Both the position numbers and the translations under genes were made by a program. A DNA stretch of 64,000 nucleotides, from assembly GCA_030650395.1 (NCBI GenBank), contig JAUSDY010000104.1, forward strand, positions 57,071 to 121,070. The letters run 5' to 3'. The notes beneath the pieces are model-generated. The model worked only from the letters and a program-made list of their open reading frames with translations. It was not told where the DNA came from and ran no database searches. Positions 45,178-53,603 of this stretch are shown piece after piece (position 1 is the first letter of the stretch; each line of letters starts with the position of its first letter). This DNA comes from Acidobacteriota bacterium (GTDB lineage: Bacteria; Acidobacteriota; Vicinamibacteria; Vicinamibacterales; UBA2999).

Positions 45178-45570
45178 TCATGCGCTCCCCTCCGTCGTAT
45201 GGATCACCACCTCACTAGTGAGCGTGCGATGCACCGGGCACTTTTTGGCAATTTCGACAAGCCGCTCGCGCTGGTCACCCTCGAGATCGCCTTCGATGGT
45301 GAGGTGCCGATTGATGACGTACGTGCCGTCGACCGAAGCGCCGGTCAAGCGCACCGCCACCCGCCGAACCACCCAGCCCTTCCGCGCCGCATAGCCTTTG
45401 ATGGTCATCGAGGTGCACGCGCCAAGCGCGCCCAGAAGCAGCTCATGCGGCCCGGGCCCCGCATCGCCACCGCCCTGGTCGGTTGGCTCGTCGGCGCGAA
45501 TGCAGTGCTTGCCGATAGCGATGTCTTGAGCGTACGGTTCGGCGGTGGAAGAAACGATCACGTCGCGCAT
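45178..45570 (-). CDS. osmC: OsmC/Ohr-family peroxiredoxin-like protein
   Basis: 130-aa product with GPHELLLGALGACTSMT and AKKCPVHRTL motifs. Confidence 0.88.
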   Translation of the reverse strand: MRDVIVSSTAEPYAQDIAIGKHCIRADEPTDQGGGDAGPGPHELLLGALGACTSMTIKGYAARKGWVVRRVAVRLTGASVDGTYVINRHLTIEGDLEGDQRERLVEIAKKCPVHRTLTSEVVIHTTEGSA

Positions 45571-45583
45571 GGCCGGATGATAC

Positions 45584-45688
45584 GTGAGAACCTCGTGAGG
45601 AACCCTCGTGAGGAACCCTCGTGAGGAACCCTCGTGAGGAACCCTCGTGAGGAACCCTCGTGAGGAACCCTCGTGAGGAACCTCCGTC
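45584..45688. repeat. 13-bp tandem repeat GGAACCCTCGTGA, about 7-8 copies
   Basis: Six perfect units span 45599-45676, with degenerate units on both sides. The array fills most of the 152-bp divergent osmC/permease intergenic region. Confidence 0.92.
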
Positions 45689-45722
45689 TCTTCTGTAGAA
45701 GTTTCAAGACCTGAGACTCGCG

Positions 45723-48098
45723 GTGAGGCAATTGCGCCGGAAGCCGGTATTCACGGCGACGGCCGTCCTCACGCTGGCCATCGGCATGGGCGTCAACGCC
45801 GTCGCCTTCACCGTGGTCAACGGCTTCCTGTTCAGGGGATTTGCCGGCAATCGCTTGCCCGGCGTTGGCCGCGTGATGACGACGCCCGGGGGCGACGAGG
45901 CCGGAAACGGCTCCCTGCCGGACTTTGAACGGTTCGCGGCGGCCACACGCGGCTCGCTCGACCTCGCAGCCGAAGGACGATCGACGCTTCCCTGGCGGCA
46001 CGACGGCACCACCGACACGGCATGGGTCCTGTTCGTGACGCCGAACTACTTCTCGATGGTGGACGCCGCGGTGATCGCCGGCCGCCTCGTGGTCGGCACC
46101 GAGAACGGCATTCCCGACGTCGTCGTCGGTGAGCGATTCTGGCGCGAGAAGCTGGGCGCGGCCTCCATCAACGGTCTGAGCCTTCGCTTGAATAACACCG
46201 ACGTCGGCGTCGCGGGCGTCCTGCCGGAAACGTTCAGCGGCCCGGCAGGAACCTATTCGCCAGACATCTGGCTGCCGCTGGATCAGATTGCATTGTTTGG
46301 AACGTCGCCGAAACTCCAGGCGCGCGACACGCATTGGCTGTTCTTCCTCGGACGGCTCGACCCGGAATCGAGCGTCGCTGAAGTGCAAGGCCAGCTGGAC
46401 ACCGCGACGGCCGGCATGGCGAGCGACTGGCCCGATTCGCATCGCGATCGCGGCGCGCGGTTCAGGATGCTGAGCGAACTTAATAACGAGTTGCGCGGCA
46501 TCGCGGCCGGCGCGGCAATCGGCATGGGCTTGATCGGTTTGGTCCTGCTGCTCGCCTGCTTCAACGTCACGAACCTGCTGCTGGCGCGCGCGGTCGAGCG
46601 CGAGCGCGACATGGGCATCCGCACCGCGCTCGGCGCCAGGCCGGCGCGGCTGATGCGGCTGGTGGTGATCGAAGGGTTCGTGATCGCGGGCCTGTCAGGC
46701 GCCGCGGCCCTGCTCCTCGCCTGGTGGACGCAGTCGCTGGTCGGCACCTTCGCGATGCCGATCGAACAGCCGCAGCATATCGACCTCACGCCGGATTTGA
46801 ACGTCGTCGCATTCATCACCGTCCTCGTCGTCATCGCGGGCGTGCTGCCTGGCCTGTGGCCAGCCCTTTCGGCCGCGCGCGTCGACGTCTTGCGCGTGCT
46901 CGGTTCGCAGGGCGGGAGCTCGGCGGGCGGACGGCCGTCGCCGATGCGCCGCTGGCTGGTCGGCGCGCAAATCGCCGGTTCAACCGCGTTCCTGGCGATT
47001 GCCGCCTTGTTCATCCAATCGATCGGCCGCATCGTCGAATTGGACCTGGGCTTCGATCGCGATCGGCTGGTCGTCGCCGAGTTCGACCCCGCCTCGAGCG
47101 GTTACCGGCCGGACGCCGCGGAGCGTTACGTCAACGAGCTGCTCGCGCGAATGCGGGCGCTGCCGGGAGTGACCGATGCCGCGGTGATCGACCGCGCGCC
47201 GTTCTTCATCGGTTTCGAGCGCCTCACGCCGGTGTGGCCCAACGGCGGCACCTGCGAATCCAATGCCTGCCCGAAGATCGCCACGCTGGCAGCCGGGCCT
47301 GGTTATTTCCGGACGATGGGGATCTCGTTGGTGGCGGGGCGGGAGTTTCAGCCGGTGCGAGGCGCCGCGGAAGTCGTGATCAACCAGCCGTTCGCCAAAC
47401 AGCAATGGCCGGATGGCCGTGGCCTGGGCGAGACGCTTCGACTCGGCGAACGCGGTGAGGCCGTCACCGTCGTCGGCATTACGGCGGCGCACCAGACCCG
47501 GGGCTTGAATTGGGTACAGCCCACGCTGTACTTCCCGCTGTCTCGCGAACAGTACGAGAGCGGATTGACGGTGGTCGCACGCACCACTACAGATGCGGCG
47601 GCCCTCGTGCGGCCGATTGTGGAAGCGGGCCAGGCGCTGGACTCGAACGTACCGCTGCTCGCCGTGAAGACGATGCAGCAGCGCATGGGCGTGCAGATGT
47701 GGCCGTTCCGTACGCTCAGCCGGGTGTTCTCGATCTGCGGCGTTCTGGCGCTCATCCTGGCGACCGTGGGGCTGGCAGGCGCGGTGATTCACGCGGTCAG
47801 CCGCCGTCAACGCGAATTCGGCGTGCGCGTGTCGATCGGCGCGACCCCTCGCGACCTCGTGGTGAATGTGATGCGCAGCAGCGCGGCACTGCTGCTGCCC
47901 GGCCTCGTCATCGGCACGCTGCTCGCGGCATCGGTCGCGCGGCTGGTGCAGGTGGTGTTTCTCGGCGTGAACGTGCTGAACCCGCTCACCTATCTCGCGG
48001 TGGCGCTGCTTGAATGCACGATCGTGCTGGTGGCGTGCATCGGCCCCGCACTGCGCGCCTCGCGCGTCGATCCGCTGGTGGCACTTCGGGCCGAATAG
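45723..48098 (+). CDS. Duplicated FtsX/MacB-type ABC permease (ADOP family)
   Basis: The 791-aa product has the N-terminus LRRKPVFTATAVLTLAIGMGVNAVAFTVVNGFLFR and two FtsX-like four-TM modules. I saw no adjacent ATPase gene. The start is GTG. Confidence 0.88.
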   Translation: MRQLRRKPVFTATAVLTLAIGMGVNAVAFTVVNGFLFRGFAGNRLPGVGRVMTTPGGDEAGNGSLPDFERFAAATRGSLDLAAEGRSTLPWRHDGTTDTAWVLFVTPNYFSMVDAAVIAGRLVVGTENGIPDVVVGERFWREKLGAASINGLSLRLNNTDVGVAGVLPETFSGPAGTYSPDIWLPLDQIALFGTSPKLQARDTHWLFFLGRLDPESSVAEVQGQLDTATAGMASDWPDSHRDRGARFRMLSELNNELRGIAAGAAIGMGLIGLVLLLACFNVTNLLLARAVERERDMGIRTALGARPARLMRLVVIEGFVIAGLSGAAALLLAWWTQSLVGTFAMPIEQPQHIDLTPDLNVVAFITVLVVIAGVLPGLWPALSAARVDVLRVLGSQGGSSAGGRPSPMRRWLVGAQIAGSTAFLAIAALFIQSIGRIVELDLGFDRDRLVVAEFDPASSGYRPDAAERYVNELLARMRALPGVTDAAVIDRAPFFIGFERLTPVWPNGGTCESNACPKIATLAAGPGYFRTMGISLVAGREFQPVRGAAEVVINQPFAKQQWPDGRGLGETLRLGERGEAVTVVGITAAHQTRGLNWVQPTLYFPLSREQYESGLTVVARTTTDAAALVRPIVEAGQALDSNVPLLAVKTMQQRMGVQMWPFRTLSRVFSICGVLALILATVGLAGAVIHAVSRRQREFGVRVSIGATPRDLVVNVMRSSAALLLPGLVIGTLLAASVARLVQVVFLGVNVLNPLTYLAVALLECTIVLVACIGPALRASRVDPLVALRAE

Positions 48099-48111
48099 GG
48101 ATCCCCGATCC

Positions 48112-48528
48112 CTACTCGCGCGAGTTCATTAAGAACGTAGCAGTCTGATGGAAGAACTCTCGCAGTACGAGCTCGGCATCGGCGGGGAGCGCGGCTTGAT
48201 CGAGCGCGCGATCCATCAGCGCCACCCAGCGATCGCGGGCGCGCTGGTCGAGCCGGAACGGGTGATGCCGCATCCGCAGCCGTGGATGGCCGCGCGCCTC
48301 TTCGTAACGCGGCGGGCCGCCAAAGCGGCCGACCAGGAATTCGCGCAGTCGATGCTCGGCGCCCGGCAGGTCGTCTTTCGGATACATCGGCCCAAGCACA
48401 TCGTCCGCAGGCACTTGCGCGTAAAAGGCCGACACCAACCGAGCGAAGCCGTCTTCGCCGATCCGCCCGTAGACCTCGCCTTCCGAAAGCCCGTCGCCAG
48501 TCACCAGACGATCATATGATCGAGCCAT
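48112..48528 (-). CDS. glbO: Truncated hemoglobin (group II / trHbO-like)
   Basis: 138-aa product with FARLVSAFYAQV...MYP...LREFLVGRFGGPPRY...GHPRLRMRH. Confidence 0.85.
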   Translation of the reverse strand: MARSYDRLVTGDGLSEGEVYGRIGEDGFARLVSAFYAQVPADDVLGPMYPKDDLPGAEHRLREFLVGRFGGPPRYEEARGHPRLRMRHHPFRLDQRARDRWVALMDRALDQAALPADAELVLREFFHQTATFLMNSRE

Positions 48529-48832
48529 GGAAGACGACGCACCGAAGAGTGCCGTGGAGCTGGCGATGGCGCGCTTTAAGAAGCAGGATGCGGACGCCGG
48601 CGTGAGCGAGACGCCGATGACCGCGGACCAGAAGGCGGAGATCGCCGAGGTGCGTCAGACCTACGGCGCCAAGCTCGCGCAGGAAGAAATCCTCTACAAG
48701 ACGAAGCTGCACGCGTCGGTCGACTACGACGAGCGGCAGAAGATGGAAGAGCACTACCGCCGCGACGTTGAGCGCATCACCAACGAGCGCGATCGGAAGA
48801 TCGAAAAGATCCACCAGAAGCCCGGCGTCTGA
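48527..48832 (+). CDS. Hypothetical charged helical protein
   Basis: This is a 101-aa ORF. Its ATG shares the CCATGG palindrome with the globin start, so the true start could be the internal Met at 48566. Confidence 0.4.
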   Translation: MEDDAPKSAVELAMARFKKQDADAGVSETPMTADQKAEIAEVRQTYGAKLAQEEILYKTKLHASVDYDERQKMEEHYRRDVERITNERDRKIEKIHQKPGV

Positions 48833-48850
48833 CGCGGCTTACCTGAACCG

Positions 48851-49783
48851 CTACCTAAACAGGCTTCGCGCCACGAACCAGACGTTGGCCGGACGCTCCG
48901 CCAGCCGCCGCATGTACCACGGGAACCAGTAATCGCCGTAGGCGATCAACACCCGGAGCGCGGCGCCGTCGTGCGCGAGCCGCAACTGGGCGGCCCGCTG
49001 AATTCCGTACAACATGTGAAATTCGTACTCTGCCGGAGCCACGTTCACCGCGGTGGCATGCCGGCGAATGGTGTCGATCAGGGTGATGTCGTGCGTGCCG
49101 AACACCGGCCGTGCGCCGCCGATGCCCGCACCCGGCGCGAGCATCGCCTGCGCCAGCGCGAGGTAGTTGGCATCGACGTCGCTCTTCTTCGGAAAGGCGA
49201 CAGTGGCCGGCTCGTTGTAGGCGCCCTTCACCAGCCGCACGCCGATGCCGCGGCCCATCACGCCGGCAAGGTCTTCGCGGGTGCGGAACAAATACGCCTG
49301 CAGGCAGACGCCGATGCGGGGGAACTCGGCGCGCAGCCGGCGCGTGAGATCGAGCGTCACGTCGACATAGCCGGATTGCTCCATGTCGATCCACAAATAG
49401 TTACCGGCCTGGTGCGTGCGCGCCGCAAGCGCGCGCAGATGCCCGAAGGCCAGCTCGCGATCGACGTCAAGTCCGAGCTGGGTCAGTTTGATCGACGGCT
49501 CGCAGGACAGGCCGGCCTGGTGAGCAACGCGATCGATGCCCTCGAGGTAATGCCGCGCCACCGCCTCGGCTTCCGCAAGGTCGGTGACGTTTTCGCCTAA
49601 GCGGGTGAAAACGGCGCCGATGCCTTCCACCGACATCGCCCTGGCGGCGACCAGCATGTCGTCGAACGACTCGCCCGGCATGAACTTCGACACGGCGCGC
49701 CGTACGAACGGCGCCTTGGTGCCGTGCTCACGCAACCATTTGCTGTCGGAGGCTTTCAGGAAGAGAGTGCGGCCGACGCCCAT
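48851..49783 (-). CDS. Proline dehydrogenase
   Basis: The 310-aa product starts at MGVGRTLFLKAS. PutA-type PRODH barrel motifs are present (IDMEQS, RLVKGAY, THD). The longer track ORF to 49891 translates tandem repeats and is rejected. Confidence 0.85.
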   Translation of the reverse strand: MGVGRTLFLKASDSKWLREHGTKAPFVRRAVSKFMPGESFDDMLVAARAMSVEGIGAVFTRLGENVTDLAEAEAVARHYLEGIDRVAHQAGLSCEPSIKLTQLGLDVDRELAFGHLRALAARTHQAGNYLWIDMEQSGYVDVTLDLTRRLRAEFPRIGVCLQAYLFRTREDLAGVMGRGIGVRLVKGAYNEPATVAFPKKSDVDANYLALAQAMLAPGAGIGGARPVFGTHDITLIDTIRRHATAVNVAPAEYEFHMLYGIQRAAQLRLAHDGAALRVLIAYGDYWFPWYMRRLAERPANVWFVARSLFR

Positions 49784-49799
49784 TCGCGGAAAGTATATC

Positions 49800-49853
49800 G
49801 GGCTTGAGGGCTTGAGGGCTTGGGGGCTTGGGGCTTGGGGCTTGGGGCTTGAG
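49800..49853. repeat. 8/7-bp tandem repeat (GGCTTGAG x2, then GGCTTGG-type units)
   Basis: Read directly. The same 8-mer family occurs at 2548-2576 inside purH and, as its complement, at 26602-26636 in the lhr 3' end. Confidence 0.9.
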
Positions 49854-49933
49854 CCGTGCTCGTAGGGCACCCCTTCCGCCTTCGCGCGCAAAGCGCGCTT
49901 CGGCGAGACTCGCCGTAGCCTTGGCGGAGGCGG

Positions 49934-51226
49934 TTATGGGGTGCCGTCGTGTGCGCGAAGCGAATGAAGCGCTCCGATGCGGGCCAGCTGAGGCCACACC
50001 GCGCCCACCATCGCGACAACGAGCAGCGTCGCCAGGCCGCCGCCGACGACCGACAGCGTCGGGCCAAACAGCGCCGCGGTGGCGCCGCTTTCAAATGCGC
50101 CAAACTCGTTCGAGAAGCCGATGAACACGTAGTTGATCGCCGAGACACGTCCGCGCAGGTGATCGGGCGTAATGATCTGCTCGAGCGTCAGACGGATCAC
50201 CACGCTGACGTTATCGAAGACGCCCGTCAGGAACAGGCACGCGAGCGAGAGCGGAAACGATCGCGACAGGCCGAAGCCGATGGTGGCAAGACCGAAACCC
50301 GCCACCACCATCAACAACACGCGGCCCGGCCGCTGCCACGCCGGCAGCCTGGTCGTCATCAGCGCCATCGTCAAGGCGCCGAGCCCGGGAGCGGCGCGCA
50401 GCCAGCCGAGACCGGCCGGTCCGACGGCGAGAATGTCTTTGGCGTAGATCGGCAAGAGCGCGACGGCCCCGCCGAACAGCACGCCAAACAGATCGAGCGT
50501 GATCGCGGAAAGAAACAACGGGTTCTGCCGCACGAAACGAAACCCGGCAAACAGATCCTTCGCGCTGCGCTTGTCGGTGGCCGGCGGCGGCACGCGCAGC
50601 GGCAACGTCCGCAACATGCCAATGAAGATCAGCTGTCCCACGGCCGCAGCGGCAAACGGCGCCGTCGCCGTCCCGGTGGCGGCAATCAGCATCCCGCCCA
50701 CCGCCGGACCAGTGATCGCCGCCAGTTGGAACGTGGACGAGAGCCACGCATTCGCGTTGGCGAACTCGGCCGGCGCGAGCAGCTGCGGCAGGATGGTGTT
50801 GACCGACGGCGACGCAAACGCGCGCGCGGTGCCGACCACGACGAGCAGCGAGTAGATCGCGTAGGTCGGGCCGTTCAACCACGACACCAGCGCAAGCCCG
50901 ATCGCGGCGAGCGTCAAGAGCGCGTGCGCGAAGATGCCGACGTTACGGCGCGGATACCGATCCGCGGCGTTGCCGGCGACGATCATCAGGAACAGCACGG
51001 GCGCCAGCTCCGCAGCGCCGACCAGGCCCAGGGCCCACGGATCGCCGGTGCGCTCGTATAACTGCCAGCCGACGGCAACCGAGATCATCTGCCAACCGGC
51101 AATGGCCGCGAAGCGGCCGATCGCGAATGAGCGCACGAATGGGTAGCGGAGCGCGGCGTAAGCGTCTGCAGGAGGGGTCAACGGTGAAGTTTCACGATAG
51201 CATGGCGATCGCGTGCGCATCGGCAT
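49934..51226 (-). CDS. MFS transporter
   Basis: The 430-aa product has about 12 hydrophobic segments and a GNAADRYPRR loop motif. The start is uncertain because it overlaps the divergent glycosyltransferase start. Confidence 0.85.
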   Translation of the reverse strand: MPMRTRSPCYRETSPLTPPADAYAALRYPFVRSFAIGRFAAIAGWQMISVAVGWQLYERTGDPWALGLVGAAELAPVLFLMIVAGNAADRYPRRNVGIFAHALLTLAAIGLALVSWLNGPTYAIYSLLVVVGTARAFASPSVNTILPQLLAPAEFANANAWLSSTFQLAAITGPAVGGMLIAATGTATAPFAAAAVGQLIFIGMLRTLPLRVPPPATDKRSAKDLFAGFRFVRQNPLFLSAITLDLFGVLFGGAVALLPIYAKDILAVGPAGLGWLRAAPGLGALTMALMTTRLPAWQRPGRVLLMVVAGFGLATIGFGLSRSFPLSLACLFLTGVFDNVSVVIRLTLEQIITPDHLRGRVSAINYVFIGFSNEFGAFESGATAALFGPTLSVVGGGLATLLVVAMVGAVWPQLARIGALHSLRAHDGTP

Positions 51227-52496
51227 TCAAGCCTGGGGTAGTGAAGGCGACATCCGGCCCCTGATCGCGCTCGGTCACGGACTGGTCGAGCGCGGCCACG
51301 AAGTCGAGCTCGTTTATACCGACATCGCGGACCGGCGCTACGAGGCGGTCGCCTCCGCCCTGGGCCTGCGGGCCCGCGCCGTGGCGACGCCGGTCGTGTC
51401 AGACATCAACGAGACGCATCGGATCGGCCTCGAGATCATCAATGCGCGCGATCCGCTGGCGCAGGGCAAGATCATCTTCGACGAGTTTCTGAAACCAGTC
51501 GAGCGCGAGCTCTATGAAGCCGCCACGGACTTGTGCGCGAGGTCCGATCTGCTCGTCGGGCATCTCGTGTTGTACCATCTACGGGCGGCCGCGGAGCATG
51601 CGGGCAAGCCCGAAGTGAGCGTGACCTTTGCGCACACCATGCTGCCCTCGCGCCATCAACATCCGCACGGAGCGCCGCGGCTCGGCGAGTGGGCGAATGC
51701 CGTCGAGTGGCGCATCGGCAGGATGGCTCTGAACCTCTTGCTGCGGCCGGGCGTCAACCGCTTTCGTCGCCGCGTGGGGCTCGGTCCAATCAAGGACCTG
51801 CTGCTCGACGGATGGGCGTCGCACCTGCTCAACTTAATCGCGGTGAGCCCCGCGCTCTGCGCCGGCCAACCGGATTGGCCGGCGTGGAACCGCGTGTGCG
51901 GTTTCCTGGCATTGCCGTCGACCGAACACGAGGCCGTCTCGCCGGAGCTCGCGCGGTTTCTCGCTGATGGTCCGCCGCCAGTGTTCATGGGATTTGGCAG
52001 CCTCATGCCGTTGCAGTCGTCGCACCTGACCGAGACGATGGCGCTGCTGAGGGAAGCGGCGCGGCTGGCCGATTGCCGCGCGATCATCCAGGCCGATGTG
52101 GGGGCACCCCCTTCTTTGGGGGTGCCTGGCGATGATCGCGTGATGATCGTGAGCCGCACGCCGCACGCGCAGGTTTTTCCGCAATGCGCCGCGGTGGTGC
52201 ATCACTGCGGCGCCGGCACGACACATACGACGCTCAAGGCCGGCGTGCCTTCGGTGCCGGTGCCTCATGTCTCCGATCAATTCCAGTGGGCCACCGAGCT
52301 TCGGCGCGTCGGCGTCGCGCCGGCGGCGATCCCGCGACGGCAACTCACGGCGACGCGGCTAGCGGCGCGGATTCGCGAAACGCTGCAGAATCCGCGAATG
52401 CGCGAGTGCGCGCGGCAGATCCAGGCGGAGATGAAGGATGACGATGGGCCGAGGACGGCCGCGAGGTTGATCGATGAGGTACGATTTTTGATATGA
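51213..52496 (+). CDS. UDP-glycosyltransferase (GT1, MGT / sterol-glucosyltransferase-like)
   Basis: It has the N-terminus MRIGIQAWGSEGDIRPL and the C-terminal donor-binding motif HHCGAGTTHTTLKAGVPSVPVPHVSDQ. It also contains an in-frame 24-bp palindrome. Confidence 0.85.
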   Translation: MRIGIQAWGSEGDIRPLIALGHGLVERGHEVELVYTDIADRRYEAVASALGLRARAVATPVVSDINETHRIGLEIINARDPLAQGKIIFDEFLKPVERELYEAATDLCARSDLLVGHLVLYHLRAAAEHAGKPEVSVTFAHTMLPSRHQHPHGAPRLGEWANAVEWRIGRMALNLLLRPGVNRFRRRVGLGPIKDLLLDGWASHLLNLIAVSPALCAGQPDWPAWNRVCGFLALPSTEHEAVSPELARFLADGPPPVFMGFGSLMPLQSSHLTETMALLREAARLADCRAIIQADVGAPPSLGVPGDDRVMIVSRTPHAQVFPQCAAVVHHCGAGTTHTTLKAGVPSVPVPHVSDQFQWATELRRVGVAPAAIPRRQLTATRLAARIRETLQNPRMRECARQIQAEMKDDDGPRTAARLIDEVRFLI

Positions 52497-52509
52497 CCGG
52501 TCCGGAGGG

Positions 52510-53004
52510 GTGCGCATGGTCTCAAGGAGTGGACAACGGTTCGCGATCGTCACGGTGCTGGCCGCCTGTTTCGTCGGTTTCTGGACGCCGCAAGCCTCGG
52601 CGCAGTCCTTAATAAGCTTCAGTGGCGGCGCCTCGATCGATCCGACCCAGGTCTACGCGGGGGTGGCGTGGGAGTCGCCCGATATTGGCGGGCGCTTCCG
52701 GATCCGCCCCGGCATCGACGGCGGCTTCGGCGACGGCGTGCGGCTGGCGACGATCAACCTCGATCTCATCGTGAAGTTTCCGTTGGGCACCTCGGGGTGG
52801 GCGCTGGTGCAGGGCGGCGGGCCGGTGATCACCCTGTCGAAAGTCACCGGGTTCGAGGATGCGCCGAACGAGCTGCACGCCGGCGGCAGTTACCTGTTCG
52901 GCTTCGCGCACGACAACGGGTTCTTCACCGAGTTCCGCGTCGGCGGCGGTAACTTCGTGCCGCAGCTGAAACTGGGAGTGGGCTGGGCCGTAGAGATCAA
53001 ATAA
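52510..53004 (+). CDS. Secreted small beta-rich protein (possible outer-membrane beta-barrel)
   Basis: It has a signal peptide ending in ASAQ, alternating hydrophobic beta-strand patterns and a terminal aromatic-rich strand. Confidence 0.5.
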   Translation: MRMVSRSGQRFAIVTVLAACFVGFWTPQASAQSLISFSGGASIDPTQVYAGVAWESPDIGGRFRIRPGIDGGFGDGVRLATINLDLIVKFPLGTSGWALVQGGGPVITLSKVTGFEDAPNELHAGGSYLFGFAHDNGFFTEFRVGGGNFVPQLKLGVGWAVEIK

Positions 53005-53044
53005 TTTTCTCCTGCTCTTCTGATCTCTTGTTTAAGCTTCCCGG

Positions 53045-53578
53045 ATGAGAGAGCGCACTTTCACGTGGGAAGATCCCGCGAACTTGTGGGATGCGGCGTC
53101 GGCACTGTCGGGTGTCGAACGGCTGCAGATGGTGGTCGACGGCAAGCTGCCGGGGCCGCCGATGGCGCGGCTGATGGATATTCGGATCGTGGAAGTCTCA
53201 AACGGCCGCGCGGTGTTCGCCGGCACGCCGGCCGAATTCCATTACAACCCGATTGGCGTCGTTCACGGCGGCTATGGCGCCACCATCCTCGATTCGGCCA
53301 TGGGCTGCGCCGTGCACAGCACGCTCAAGGCCGGCGATATCTACACGACGCTGGAACTGAAGATCAATTTTTTGCGGCCGCTCACCTCGACGACCGGCAT
53401 GGTGCGCGGCATCGCCATCGTGATCCACGCCGGCCGAACGACGGCGCTGGCCGAAGGGCGGCTCGAAGACGCAGGCGGAAGGCTATGCGCCTACGCTTCG
53501 AGCACGTGCCTGATCAGGCGAGTTCAGAGTTCAGAGTTTAGAGTTAAGAACCAGCCCGCAGACCGGAGCCGTTCTTAA
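53045..53578 (+). CDS. PaaI-family hotdog thioesterase
   Basis: It carries the NPIGVVHGGYGATILDSAMG motif. The last roughly 15 codons run into an inverted repeat. Confidence 0.82.
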   Translation: MRERTFTWEDPANLWDAASALSGVERLQMVVDGKLPGPPMARLMDIRIVEVSNGRAVFAGTPAEFHYNPIGVVHGGYGATILDSAMGCAVHSTLKAGDIYTTLELKINFLRPLTSTTGMVRGIAIVIHAGRTTALAEGRLEDAGGRLCAYASSTCLIRRVQSSEFRVKNQPADRSRS

Positions 53579-53602
53579 CTCTTCACTCTGAACTCTTAAC
53601 TG
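53520..53602. terminator. Long imperfect inverted repeat between convergent genes
   Basis: The arms at 53520-53551 and 53571-53602 are complementary at 28 of 32 positions, with a 19-nt loop. The repeat overlaps the thioesterase stop. Confidence 0.65.
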
Positions 53603-53603
53603 A

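Noticed and set aside
45584-45688. Possible CRISPR array; the same was considered for the other tandem arrays at 7791-7871, 49800-49853 and 58449-58477.
   Set aside because: The units are 7-13 bp and directly abutting, with no spacers. There are no cas genes in the window, so these are micro- or minisatellites and not CRISPR.
45558-46442. A 294-aa minus-strand ORF ending in repeated RVPHEGSSRGFLT units.
   Set aside because: The repeated peptide is just the 13-bp tandem array read with a 39-nt period. The rest of the ORF is antisense to the ADOP permease.
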